A DNA stretch of 64,000 nt from a virus. The first letter of the stretch is position 1, and every line of letters starts with the position of its first letter. The translations under genes and the position numbers were made by a program. Location: positions 64,001 through 128,000 of IMG/VR virus record IMGVR_UViG_3300037245_001320; one strand, 5' to 3'. Positions 47,518 through 58,146 of this stretch are shown piece after piece. The notes beneath the pieces were generated by a model, which searched no databases, had not been told where the DNA came from, and worked only from the letters and a program-made list of their open reading frames with translations.

Positions 47518-48926
47518 TTGTTCTCCTTTATAGTTCTATCTTCTGATTTTTCCACTATGTTATTATTCCATGCTAATGCAAATTTATCTACCTTCACATC
47601 CCTTAATGTAATAGGCTTTAGCAATCTTAAACCATCTGGGTTAGAACTTCGGCTCAGTGAAGTGTATAATTGACCACAAGAAAAGAAACCTCTTCCTGGA
47701 TTTATTAACATATACTCGAACTGAAGCCCTTGTGATTTATGCACAGTAATAGCATAACAAACGTTCAGAGGGAATTGTATTACCGATCCTATAACATCTT
47801 CATCAGGACCTAATATATCCCATTGATAAGGAGCGATTTCAAATGTTCTGCTTCCCACCTTCACGCGAATATAATGATCACAATTACCACGTAAGAATCT
47901 TCCTCTTGGTAAAGAAACGATTGTTCCAATGGTACCGTTCACATAACTTCCATTCTGAGCATTAGCTCTGAGCATAACCTTACAGCCTTTCTTTAAAACT
48001 AATTCATCTGGAACTATCTTCTCACTAGCCTTCACATCCCCATAAATAACAGTTGAGATGATCGTTTCAGGCTCATCAATCTTAGCCATCTCTCGATTAT
48101 TTATTACCTCAACATCTTTATTCGTTGTACACAATGTAGTATACTCTGTTTCAGGTGTTGGGAGAACTGTATTTATGTACTCTTCCTCTGAACTAATTAA
48201 AAAATGATTGGACAGTTCTTCAATACTTTCCCAAGTGACAGCTCCTGTTCGCACCTTTCTTAAAGCATTTAAGTAACCAACATGTTTAGTTCTATAACTC
48301 TTCAATAAAGATAACTCTTTGAAATTCATTAACTGATATAATCGAGATCCAAAGAAGTAATGTGTGAAGGTATCAAAATCATTTAATAACTCATTCTTTT
48401 CATCTTTCTTTAATATCGACTCAAGCTGCAAAGGGTCACCTAACAGTATTATTTGAATATGTTTAATCCTATCTAAAGCTTCTTCTACATTATTTAAATC
48501 ATGTGCCCCAAAATACCCTAGCAAACTCCATAGGAACTTGTGTATTAGGTCAATACGCACCATACTGATTTCATCTATCACAATTCTAGTGACGTTCTCC
48601 CTAAAGAACTTGTAATTTTTAGAACTGGTCACTTGATCCTCTGGATGTATTTTACTGATGTCGAATTCCATGGCTCTGTGAAGTGTAGATGCTTTTACAC
48701 CAACCTTCTCTGTAATATTTATAGCAGAAATTCCTGTGGATCCTGCGTAGATGGTAGATCCATCTGTTTTGTATTCTGGATCATGGGCTAATATGTTTAC
48801 GATTTCTGTCTTACCTGAACCACCTGGTCCTAGTATGCAAATATTATCTCCTTTCTTAACATGTCCCAGAATTACTTTTAGTTCTGGATTAATCTCAATA
48901 TAGCTGAGGTCTTTTTGTTTTGTCAT
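47514..48926 (-). CDS. PIF1/RecD-like SF1B helicase
   Basis: GPGGSGKT, IDEISMV, GDPLQL, NGTIG, QFPL...YAITVHKSQG and YTSLSR motifs. Confidence 0.92.
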   Translation of the reverse strand: MTKQKDLSYIEINPELKVILGHVKKGDNICILGPGGSGKTEIVNILAHDPEYKTDGSTIYAGSTGISAINITEKVGVKASTLHRAMEFDISKIHPEDQVTSSKNYKFFRENVTRIVIDEISMVRIDLIHKFLWSLLGYFGAHDLNNVEEALDRIKHIQIILLGDPLQLESILKKDEKNELLNDFDTFTHYFFGSRLYQLMNFKELSLLKSYRTKHVGYLNALRKVRTGAVTWESIEELSNHFLISSEEEYINTVLPTPETEYTTLCTTNKDVEVINNREMAKIDEPETIISTVIYGDVKASEKIVPDELVLKKGCKVMLRANAQNGSYVNGTIGTIVSLPRGRFLRGNCDHYIRVKVGSRTFEIAPYQWDILGPDEDVIGSVIQFPLNVCYAITVHKSQGLQFEYMLINPGRGFFSCGQLYTSLSRSSNPDGLRLLKPITLRDVKVDKFALAWNNNIVEKSEDRTIKENK

Positions 48927-48930
48927 TTTA

Positions 48931-51031
48931 TTATTTGTTCTCCTTTATTATCTTCTTTCCTTCTTCATATATTACATAAACCACATACCATAACACTATG
49001 CACATCAATAAAGGGATAGGCATAGGTACTTCTAACTTCGCTGTACACCATCCAATCAGTGCACTGAGAATGAAAAATAAGAAAGTCCATGTATGTTTTA
49101 AATATTTATTCATCAAGAACTCCCCAACAAGATCCCATAGGAACTGTATCGAATCCACATCCTTTTAATTGCTTAGTTACCCAATCTGCTTTCTTTTCCT
49201 GAGACATCTTTACAATTTCTTTATTGTATTCTTTATCTAAACAAGTTAGAACCAATTGGTAACATATGGCTATAAGTTTGTTTTCTCTGCTAATACTCAA
49301 TTTTTCTCCTTTCAAATGTTTCTGAATCTAGTAACCTACCTGAGAGGAATTCTCGGGTACTACTGTGAAAACAACTCCAACAATAAGTATCTTTCTCCTC
49401 ATTGAATATAGTGAAAGCATCCGTTTTATTGAAAAAAGATTTCCTCCCGTTATTAGAGTAGTCTATTATGTACTCTGTGTATACTTCTGGATTGACTATC
49501 TTTGCTCCACAATTTGAACAAAAATTACTCCTGTTTACTGAGTTTCCACACTCACATTCAAAAGGGTTTCCATTTTTAGTATTCATTTACTCCTCCTATA
49601 CCCTTCAGGGTACGATTACAGCCATTATTACTAAACTTATACCCGTTAAGGTATACTTTTTTAGTTCTTATCTACCTCTTTCCATAACATTTCAACACCC
49701 GCTACAAATCTCTTCCCATTAAGAAAATGCTTTTTATAACTATCCATAACAAATACGGGACGATTATCTTTAGTTACATGGAGTAGAATCCTTTCCCTAT
49801 AACCAGATGATTCATTATGAGCAACTAAAACAGTTCGGCAGTCCTCAATGATCTGTTTACTTATTGCATCTATACTTGCCCCAATACTGTTATTTTCAAA
49901 ATCAAACGTTATATTATTTTTACTTATCTCCATCTACTCATTCTCCCATAAAGGATTAGCATGAGTATTTAAAAACTCCATAGCTTCCTTAAATAATTTA
50001 TCAGGAGAACTTTCTCTCACTGTATGCTTTACCTCTTGCCTAAATCCATTCATAGATCTGTCATACCATACAATAAGTGTAAAATCCGCTTTCCAATCAT
50101 ATTCATTCTCCACATATAATGCAAATCCTATAGAGCTATTTTGCAATACCCACAATAATTGTCTTAATGTCTCGGGTTTTCCCTCTATATAAGAATAAGG
50201 TGTTGGATCTAGTACAGTGTTAAAATGTATTTCTCCTGCTTGGCATATATTTATAGCTTCAGGTAGAATATCGTTTTTAGATATACCTTCCAATGTTCCT
50301 GTATCTATTTCTAAATCATACCATACCTCACTGCCATCATCAGAATTATATAAATCAAATGTTAGGAATGATTTATTATCGAGCAACGTTTTAAGTAATA
50401 TATCAAAATCATCTCCTTTATACTTTTTGGTTGGGTACACTTTCTTGGTTTCTTTATGTGTATTGACTGTTGTCTCATAAATGACTTCTGTATTTTTCAT
50501 ACCTGTTCTAACTATAATCAAAGCTGTTAGTGCTAATAACAATGCTCCAATACTACAACACTGTGAAAATGTTAACCTCCTGACTTTAGTAAGGGTTTTG
50601 TTTGTGAATTGTTTTAGTTTCTCCATATATTTTATATCTCCTTTTATCCATTTACGAGTAGTTTACCATAGATAATGTTTGGTGTCAAGTGTTTTAAATA
50701 AAAAATAACCCAATTAAGGGCTCTCTGTGTTATTTGTGTCCTTTAATTCCATTTCCTCTACTTGTTTCAAGTAATCAGATGGAGTTTGTGTCCTGTCAAA
50801 AAAAGTTTCTTTTAGAAATTGTTCTGCTTTCCCAATGTTACAGTCATGTAGATGGGAAACCTCTTCTGCTAAAGATATAGTATCTTTTGTTGATTGCCCA
50901 CATTCTCTACATAACCAACTACATCCACGGACGTGTGGTCCCCAACGCCTTTTGTAGTCATAACCAGACGTAACAATATCCCAACTCTCTTTAACTGCTT
51001 TATATAAATTCATGTATCTCTCCTTATGCAT
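48931..51031 (-). CDS. Cluster of small hypothetical, membrane and zinc-finger ORFs (48931, 49106, 49290, 49661, 49934, 50714)
   Basis: ORF track with SDs; no recognisable family. Confidence 0.5.
50660..50688 (-). promoter_or_regulatory. Sigma70-type promoter
   Basis: TTGACA-17nt-TAAACT with TG. Confidence 0.6.
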
Positions 51032-51057
51032 GTAAGGATACTACCATGTTAGGGTAT

Positions 51058-52251
51058 TTACGTCAATCCTTCTTTCTTAATTTTCTGCTTTTCTTTATAC
51101 TCATCTTTAAGTTCTTGTACTTTCTTATCTAGCTCTTTTTGTGTGTACGGGACTAGTTGTGTGAAGCATTCCGTATAGCCTGCAAAATACTTCTTAGGCT
51201 CGTACTTGTATTCTTTATGTAATTCGTGTAGTGCGTTTTCGATGTATGTAGCATTATATTTATTTGTTTCTATTTTCTTTACAACTGTGTAACTATAAGG
51301 TAAGTTTTGTCCTGAAAAACGGTATGTTACTTTCCCCGAAGTAATCCCAATTTTCTTAAAACGTTCTTGGGAGTTGAACAGAGTAATGAAGTATACAGTT
51401 GCTTTACTTAGTAACCATTCTTTCTTTTTATGCTCTGCTGTGGGAATAGTGTAGGGTGCATTATTTGGTGGATGGCAACAGGAACAGATAGGATAACAGG
51501 AAAGAACGTTCCAACTTATATCTCTATTAAATCCACATTTCTTACATGTGAACCTTACAGTAGATATAGCTGTCACATCATAAGGAATAGTCGTACACTG
51601 CCAATTACTATAAGCTTGTTCTGTTAATCTATACATTAACAATTCCTTACTCATATTTAATGTATTACTGCATCTAGGGCATAACTGTTTTCGATGAAAC
51701 ATGTTTGTCCACAAAGGTTTCCACACATAGTTACAAGTAGCACATTTACAATGAATGGGTATATAGCAATCCACATATTCTTTAGATAATAATTGTATAG
51801 AAGCATAAAAAGGATGAGCTAATTTTTCAAGTATTCTTTTCTGTGACCAATGCTCCTGTTGAGAACAACGACTACAATTTGAGGATCCTGTTTTTATATA
51901 AGTCCAAGCTATATCCCATATATAACCATCAATAGTACATTGCCATTTCATTTCCTCAGGAGAGTACACCTCTGATAGTCTTTTTATAGGTAATTTATAT
52001 TCGTCTATATACTTATCTATTAAGGGAATTGTCCACCGAGTAACTTTACTGGTAATAGTATTCCATGTTTCTTCTGTTATTCTATAGTATGTTGCTTTTT
52101 GGGGTTTTTGCCTCTTTGTCCAGTACGTATCTTTTACGATCTTATGCTTAGCCTTATCTAGCTTTTCCAATCTTCTTATAGCAGCTAATAAATTACTATG
52201 GTCTCTTCCTGTTTCCTTTGCTAAATCTAATGATGATTTTAGTTCTTCCAT
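51058..52251 (-). CDS. Rha-like N-terminal domain + zinc-ribbon repeats + GIY-YIG/T5orf172-like nuclease
   Basis: SSLDLAKETGRDHSNLLAAIR (Rha pattern), three W.C..C..W...C..C repeats, and VYFI..KIGIT..E..LH..YEPKKYFAGYTECF (paralogous to 11565). Confidence 0.75.
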   Translation of the reverse strand: MEELKSSLDLAKETGRDHSNLLAAIRRLEKLDKAKHKIVKDTYWTKRQKPQKATYYRITEETWNTITSKVTRWTIPLIDKYIDEYKLPIKRLSEVYSPEEMKWQCTIDGYIWDIAWTYIKTGSSNCSRCSQQEHWSQKRILEKLAHPFYASIQLLSKEYVDCYIPIHCKCATCNYVWKPLWTNMFHRKQLCPRCSNTLNMSKELLMYRLTEQAYSNWQCTTIPYDVTAISTVRFTCKKCGFNRDISWNVLSCYPICSCCHPPNNAPYTIPTAEHKKKEWLLSKATVYFITLFNSQERFKKIGITSGKVTYRFSGQNLPYSYTVVKKIETNKYNATYIENALHELHKEYKYEPKKYFAGYTECFTQLVPYTQKELDKKVQELKDEYKEKQKIKKEGLT

Positions 52252-52272
52252 TCTTATTTCCTTTTCCCAATT

Positions 52273-52434
52273 AAAAAAGCTTACTAATAAATTCCCTCTA
52301 AGTTGACCCGAAATACAATACCAGTGTTTCTTGCATTTCTCTTAAAGGGATTTTTACTAATAAGCTCTGTTTGAGTTCACTATGATTTTTCACTGGATTT
52401 CTTAAAGAAGGGTCAAGTTCTTTTTATATCTTCT
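52273..52434 (-). ncRNA. Structured leader RNA, CI/C4-like, upstream of the Rha-nuclease
   Basis: Stem 52341-52366/52278-52302 + T-tract and inner stem GAAATGCAA/TTGTATTTC. Loop CACTGG is complementary to 52391-52396 and bulge GGGTCAA is complementary to 52410-52416. Confidence 0.72.
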
Positions 52435-52440
52435 TCCTCT

Positions 52441-52464
52441 ATTATACCATAGTGGGAATTTTTT
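52441..52464 (-). promoter_or_regulatory. Phage-specific promoter motif, copy 7
   Basis: AAAAAATTCCCACTATGGTATAAT on the minus strand. Confidence 0.85.
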
Positions 52465-52478
52465 TGAGGTGTTGTAAG

Positions 52479-52511
52479 AAAAACCCTCTCAGATGTGTGC
52501 AGAGAGGGTTT
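52479..52511 (-). terminator. Intrinsic terminator
   Basis: AAACCCTCTC...GAGAGGGTTTTT; same hairpin family as 29910 and 30729. Confidence 0.7.
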
Positions 52512-52515
52512 AGAA

Positions 52516-53004
52516 TTATTTACTTTTTGTTTTCTTTGATTTTTTAACTCTTGGCTTCGGTTCTACAAAATCTATAGGTACCAGATATTCTTTTTTTACA
52601 TTCTCTTCATATTCCCAAGCTGTAATCTTACATAAAAGTTTGTATAGGGTATCCCATGCAGGAGTTGTTTTTGCTTTCTTTTGCATAATATGAGCAGTCT
52701 CATGGCATTGAACACATAGAATAATAATATCCTCAGGCTCTTTATCTGTTCCCATCCGGTCATATTTAACATGGTGGCACTGCATCATTAATAATCGCTT
52801 CTTATCTCCTGCTTTTTTCTTCTTTTTAACAGAACCATTTTTCCAAATACTCCAGCGTTTTCTTTTACAAATAGCACAAACAACATCAGGGTTATCTAAC
52901 AAGGACTTCGATCTACGCTTCCACCAGCTTGAGGACATGTAATTTTTATGTGTAATTTGTTTCTTATCCTCAGACATATATCTTCTCTTCAAAAATAGGA
53001 ACAA
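52516..53004 (-). CDS. Small McrA-like HNH protein
   Basis: Y..S.WW, CAIC and HH..Y......E...D...LC..CH...H; start may be the MSED methionine. Confidence 0.75.
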   Translation of the reverse strand: MFLFLKRRYMSEDKKQITHKNYMSSSWWKRRSKSLLDNPDVVCAICKRKRWSIWKNGSVKKKKKAGDKKRLLMMQCHHVKYDRMGTDKEPEDIIILCVQCHETAHIMQKKAKTTPAWDTLYKLLCKITAWEYEENVKKEYLVPIDFVEPKPRVKKSKKTKSK

Positions 53005-53158
53005 TTACTTCTATAATTTTCCTTGATTCTGGATCTCTTTCTTCACTTACCCCTGCTGTTCTAAAATCAAATTCTTCTTCAAAATCATTAAGCAAGGTTT
53101 TAATGTTATCTGCGAGGGCTCGTAAGCCCTCCTTTAATTCTTCGGTTGTTTTATCCAT
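52970..53158 (-). CDS. Hypothetical protein
   Basis: Overlaps the RecA-like stop (TAATG). Confidence 0.55.
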   Translation of the reverse strand: MDKTTEELKEGLRALADNIKTLLNDFEEEFDFRTAGVSEERDPESRKIIEVIVPIFEEKIYV

Positions 53159-54462
53159 TAGAACTTCCTCTTTCTGCCTACAATAGCAAGTTCATTTTCT
53201 ATAGATAACCATTTGTCTAAGACTTGTTGTTTCAGCTCACCTTCTAAATCGTTGTCATAAACATACTGAGCTAAAGTCTCTACATCCATTCCTGATCCAA
53301 AAATAGCTTCATAAGCAGGTTCTAACATAACATCATCCATGATAATTTCTAGCATGTCCTTCTTACTCGTACTTTTTTTAAGTCCTGGAAAATCTCGTTC
53401 TTGCTCTAATAAGAACTCATAGATATTAGCTTTGTTAGCTTCTTTTAATTCATCTGAACTTGTACCTGCCCATGATAAATTCTTACTAGCAGCATCATCT
53501 TTTAGTTGTCCTGTGTCTGTAACAAGATCATGTAAATATACAAGATTAGTATATACATTATCTAAACCTATTTGAGGAAAGAAACAACCATAACAATCTC
53601 TCCCAGGTTTAGCATTTCTTACTTTTAACATCTTAATCTTAAGCAATTGCCCAATAGGGTATTTTTTACCTTTAACAGTTCTTCTGATAATACAAGACTC
53701 TGCTACTAATGTTCTAAGATTTATATAGAACTGTAAGGCTTTCCCTCCTGTTGGTTGTATCTTATTACCAAAAGAAACATTCATTTTTTCTCTAATCTGT
53801 GAAATTATTATTACAAAGACACCAGAGTTCTTTAATCTAGGTACTAGGTCGGGCAGCATTTCAGTCGAAATGTACTTTTGCTTGTCTAATAAATAACTCC
53901 CCTCATCAAATACCTTTCCTTTATCATCTGCTTTAACTCTATCCTGTCCACGTTTTACAATGGTACCAGATGCAAATGAGTCCAGGGAATCTACCATTAT
54001 AATATGAAGATGCTTACCGACTAATTTACCTTTATTTTTCTTTTTATTCTTCTCAATAGCTCGGGATATATTACAGTACACACCCTCAATTGTTTCCACT
54101 GTTGGATCTTTTTGTAACTCTACTCCATACATAGCTTGTGTATTAAAGGAGTTCCCATCCTCCCCATCCAGAACTTCGTTGGAGACAGTTGAGTACTCCT
54201 CAGATCTGTTTGCCATAATATAATTTGATATATCACAAACACCCTGAGTACCTATAGCAGTCTTACCTCCGCCTGAGTCCCCTATTATATTCCACAACCC
54301 TGTTAGAGGAAAGCCCATATTAGTATGACTTCCTCCGTGTAGTAAATCAATTAAATCCTGCCCCATAGGCACGTTTGTTACTTCTTGATTATCTACCTTA
54401 TTCTTCGCCATTCTTCCACCTCTTTCTTCATTTAACTTTTCTTTTTCTTTCTTTGTTGCCAA
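53158..54462 (-). CDS. RecA/UvsX-like recombinase
   Basis: GDSGGGKT, VDSLD, ISQIRE and TGGKALQFY motifs. Confidence 0.88.
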   Translation of the reverse strand: MATKKEKEKLNEERGGRMAKNKVDNQEVTNVPMGQDLIDLLHGGSHTNMGFPLTGLWNIIGDSGGGKTAIGTQGVCDISNYIMANRSEEYSTVSNEVLDGEDGNSFNTQAMYGVELQKDPTVETIEGVYCNISRAIEKNKKKNKGKLVGKHLHIIMVDSLDSFASGTIVKRGQDRVKADDKGKVFDEGSYLLDKQKYISTEMLPDLVPRLKNSGVFVIIISQIREKMNVSFGNKIQPTGGKALQFYINLRTLVAESCIIRRTVKGKKYPIGQLLKIKMLKVRNAKPGRDCYGCFFPQIGLDNVYTNLVYLHDLVTDTGQLKDDAASKNLSWAGTSSDELKEANKANIYEFLLEQERDFPGLKKSTSKKDMLEIIMDDVMLEPAYEAIFGSGMDVETLAQYVYDNDLEGELKQQVLDKWLSIENELAIVGRKRKF

Positions 54463-54486
54463 ATTCTATTCCTTTCTTATTGTGTT

Positions 54487-54915
54487 TTATCTGTTACCAT
54501 TCCAGATTCCTAAAAACTTATTACAATCAGTCCGAGAGATAGTGTGATTCTTTATCACATCTCCCTCTTTCTTTTTAGCTACATAACCTAATTTCTCTGC
54601 ATCTTTCCTGAACTGTCTTAATTTATAATTAGGATCAATTCCACATTTATGTAAATATCTTAAAGCTACTGCTAATTTCATAACAGGTTTTGTTATAGCT
54701 AAATCTGGAAAACCATTTTCTAAATAATATGACCAAATATTTTCATACAGTCTCCACTTCGCTTCAGCGTTCTTATATGACAAAACCCCCTCATAGAGTT
54801 CTGCATAGTTATATACATATCTAATGTTGGGGGTTGTTTTATCATGATCTTTATTATACTGCACCATAACTGCGTAAGCTTGGTTAGGTGTTATAGTTTT
54901 TTTGATCGGTAACAT
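54487..54915 (-). CDS. Hypothetical protein
   Basis: ORF in the recombination operon. Confidence 0.55.
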   Translation of the reverse strand: MLPIKKTITPNQAYAVMVQYNKDHDKTTPNIRYVYNYAELYEGVLSYKNAEAKWRLYENIWSYYLENGFPDLAITKPVMKLAVALRYLHKCGIDPNYKLRQFRKDAEKLGYVAKKKEGDVIKNHTISRTDCNKFLGIWNGNR

Positions 54916-54918
54916 CTA

Positions 54919-55983
54919 TTAGAAAGGGATATCATCTTCAAAGTTGCCATCACCTTCTCCGCCTGACTCTGGCTCAACTATTTCTACATTAGTTTCAGAA
55001 GCCATAGCTTCTGTAAATGATAACCCTTCATCTACCGCCTCTTCCTTTGTTTCCTCAGGAGCTACAGGAGCAGATGTACCAAATAAAGCTTTGTACACTT
55101 CTTCCTCGGTAGGTATAATGATGTGCTCGTCTAAACTAGGAACTTTGTCTATGATAGTATCTGGGTAAGCCTCTAGTCTAGGCATGATAGCTATTGATTT
55201 GTAATCTACCATCTTTCTTGATGTTCCTGTAGAATCCTTCCATTCCCCATCTTTACCATCAATGAATATAGTAGGTCCTAATGTAGGGTGTCCCCAGTTG
55301 ATATCATTCCCAATTTTCATCTCATCAGATTTCTTCTCTTCTAAGAGTCTACCAAAAGTGTGGTAAGCTGGAGCAAATAAGTGAAACTCTCTCTTATTTT
55401 TATTTAACTGTTTCTTCTCTTTATTATCAGGATTGTTGTTATACTTTTGTGCTTCTCTATTATACACAACAATCTCAGCATCATAAACAGCTACGATATA
55501 TAGAGATCTAGTGCTAGGGAATAGTTTCTTAGCTCTTTGAAATACAGCACAATTATCTTTGTCAGATTGAGGACTCTTTCCTGTGATATCATGATCTTCT
55601 TTAGCTTTTTTGAATAATCTCCATTTCTCATCAGCTATAGCATCACCCTCTAATCCAAAAAATGATCTTGATGGGTAATCCCATGATGTATTACCTTGTG
55701 ACAATCTCATATTAACATCTACAACAATATCGTAAACAATCTTACCTTTATTTCTGTTTATTTTCTTAGCATCATTGATATCTACTCTGTCATACTTATC
55801 TGTCGCCATTCTAAAAGGAATTAAATCCACATAGTTTGGTCCTAAGGCTGGTTTCCACAAAGGTAACTCTGTACCATCTTTCTTTAATACAGGTGTGTAA
55901 AACCTATTGTTTACAAAATCCTTGCTTGGTGCGTTAGGGTTCTCTGTTCTCTCTTCGTTCATGTTATCAAATATGCTTCCCAT
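54919..55983 (-). CDS. gp32-like single-stranded DNA-binding protein
   Basis: WKP..G.N...IPF motif, acidic tail ending DDIPF, adjacent to RecA. Confidence 0.75.
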   Translation of the reverse strand: MGSIFDNMNEERTENPNAPSKDFVNNRFYTPVLKKDGTELPLWKPALGPNYVDLIPFRMATDKYDRVDINDAKKINRNKGKIVYDIVVDVNMRLSQGNTSWDYPSRSFFGLEGDAIADEKWRLFKKAKEDHDITGKSPQSDKDNCAVFQRAKKLFPSTRSLYIVAVYDAEIVVYNREAQKYNNNPDNKEKKQLNKNKREFHLFAPAYHTFGRLLEEKKSDEMKIGNDINWGHPTLGPTIFIDGKDGEWKDSTGTSRKMVDYKSIAIMPRLEAYPDTIIDKVPSLDEHIIIPTEEEVYKALFGTSAPVAPEETKEEAVDEGLSFTEAMASETNVEIVEPESGGEGDGNFEDDIPF

Positions 55984-56063
55984 ACTGTTTCTGTTTCCTT
56001 CTTATCTTTCTTTAAGATTTTTCTTTTTCTTCTTAGTTATTTATTGTAGTTTTCTTCTACTTA

Positions 56064-56240
56064 CTTCTTTTCTTCTACAGGCTCAACTATTGCATTTTCC
56101 TTCATTTCTTTTTGAACTTCTAATATTAGATTGTTCACTTCTATGAAGGGTAAATGGGATTGAGCACAAACACTAAACATCTTATTAAATACTTCTAGTG
56201 ATATTGTAATTTTCTGCTTTGGTACTTGGTCTGGTTCCAT
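56064..56240 (-). CDS. Small hypothetical ORF not in the track (MEPDQVPKQKITISLEVFNK...)
   Basis: AAGGA SD and an open frame of about 58 codons. Confidence 0.5.
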
Positions 56241-56361
56241 ACTTTTATATCCTTTTTTAAATTATTGCTATATGGTCTTTGAGATTTATTTCATTTTATA
56301 TCTCCCTCTTGGGTAGTAGTATAAATAATTCTTTGTAAAGACTATCATATAGCTTTTTTAT

Positions 56362-56817
56362 TTATTTTAATCCTGGTACTGCATCTTTGGCTTTAACTGT
56401 AGCATCAGCATAAAATTCGTTATACCTATCAGACATCATCATCTTTAACAACTCTTTATTACCTAGATAAGTTGTTACTAATGCTTTAACAGTATCGTAT
56501 GTGTATTCTGCCTCAGCTCTATCGCCTCTAGCTTGTATAACCTTAGAATGACTATTACAGTAGGCTGTCATTGCCGCACCCGTAATCTTGATAGTAGGTT
56601 CACCATTTACGGGAATCTTCCCTAAGATATGGGTCTCCATCTCTATTCTACCTAAAACAGCTTTAACATTATCTTTCGCTATCTCTAATGATTTTAATGC
56701 GTCTGCTCTTCTTGGAAATATGGATCCTGCCATGGCACTATGTTTAATTGCTTCATCTGTTACATTGTGTAACTTGGAAATTTTTAAATCTTCGAATGAT
56801 ACTAAATCTTTACTCAT
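56362..56817 (-). CDS. UvsY-like recombination mediator (tentative)
   Basis: Helical protein with KIT..AM..Y pattern, next to SSB and RecA. Confidence 0.45.
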   Translation of the reverse strand: MSKDLVSFEDLKISKLHNVTDEAIKHSAMAGSIFPRRADALKSLEIAKDNVKAVLGRIEMETHILGKIPVNGEPTIKITGAAMTAYCNSHSKVIQARGDRAEAEYTYDTVKALVTTYLGNKELLKMMMSDRYNEFYADATVKAKDAVPGLK

Positions 56818-57668
56818 TAATTACTTTCCCTCTCCGCTCTTGCTTCTTCCTTTAAAGTAATAAGTCTATCAATAGCATTCTCTTCTGTTCTATCCTCTTT
56901 TAATAAAGCCTTCACTTCTAGATCAATCTGCTTCTTAATCTCTTTACCAAATACTTTCTTATCTTCATCTCTAGGACAAAACTCTTCACAGTACTGATTT
57001 TTAGCATCTGTTATTCCTGATGTTAATGCTGAAATATCCTCTTTAGTATCTGCAATTACTCTAACCAACTTCTTTAATACATCTAGCTGATCTTGTGCCG
57101 TGTATTCCTTATTACTCTTCCCTTTAAAAATCATCCTTACTCTCCTCTTGTTCTCTTTCTCTTCTTATCTTTATAGTGGTATAAGCTATCTACTCCACTA
57201 CAATCTTCATCTGCTATTTCACTACTTGTTATTAACCTGTCATTCTCTGATAGAACCCTTAAATAAGTTATAGCTTGATCCAATGGCATATCCCTATCAA
57301 ACTTCTTCACAATATCCCAAGCTGTAACTCCCCTTGGAGGAATCATGTAGGCTTTATTTGTAATAGGATCTATAACAGTTTCTCCTGTTTCAGGATCTTC
57401 TAGAGGACCACCTCTCATGTACTTCTTCAATCGACTTTTCAATTTCTTATTCTTTGTCAGAGTTTACTCCTTTATAGATTACTACATCAGTTACTTTGTT
57501 AATAGAGATAATCAACTTAGTCTTATGTTGAATAGGTAAGAGTTCTTTTATTCTATCTATATTTTCCTCTTCCATCTCAGCATTTACATAATCTGTATGA
57601 TCTATTAAGATAATAATTTCTGTGAAGTATTTGTCATTCTTACATACTTGTAGTTCTAGTGTTGTCAT
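56817..57668 (-). CDS. Three small ORFs (56817-57134 possibly a GapR/DsbA-like DNA-binding protein; 57137-57442; 57447-57668)
   Basis: Packed operon; family assignment weak. Confidence 0.45.
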
Positions 57669-58114
57669 TAGTGACTCCCTGTACTGCCATAAGCTCCTGA
57701 TCCTCTTTCTGTTTCCTTATTTAAAGAATCTACTTTTTTAAATACTGCCTCTGTTGTGGGAGCATAAACACCTTGACAAACTCTCATTCCGTGAGTTACA
57801 TAAAATGGTTTATCCCCTTCATTTCTAAGGATAATTCCAACTTCTCCCACGTAATCTTCATCAATTGTAGCAGTTCCCTGGGCAATAATCAAACCATGCT
57901 TTTTAGTTAAGCCTGATCTTGATCTTAATTGGACTTCATATCCTTCATAAATACCCATTTTAATACCAGAAGGTACAGTTACTGCTTCCCCTATACCTAT
58001 TCTAATGTCTTCATTAGGTGTGAATGCTTTTAAATCGAAGCCTGATGATTGTTTTGTGCCATATTCAGGCATGAACTCTTTTGTTTCTATTAGTAATTCT
58101 TTTTGATCTCTCAA
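57668..58114 (-). CDS. dut: Trimeric dUTPase
   Basis: SGFDL, RSRSGL, TIDEDY.GE, RVCQ and RGSGAYGSTG motifs. Confidence 0.93.
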   Translation of the reverse strand: MRDQKELLIETKEFMPEYGTKQSSGFDLKAFTPNEDIRIGIGEAVTVPSGIKMGIYEGYEVQLRSRSGLTKKHGLIIAQGTATIDEDYVGEVGIILRNEGDKPFYVTHGMRVCQGVYAPTTEAVFKKVDSLNKETERGSGAYGSTGSH

Positions 58115-58146
58115 TAATTCTCTCCTCTTTATTATTAAAATATGTA

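Noticed and set aside
1578-52464. 24-bp repeat as a CRISPR or other guide array
   Set aside because: The copies are dispersed over 51 kb on both strands with no regular spacers and no cas genes. The motif ends in a -10 box.
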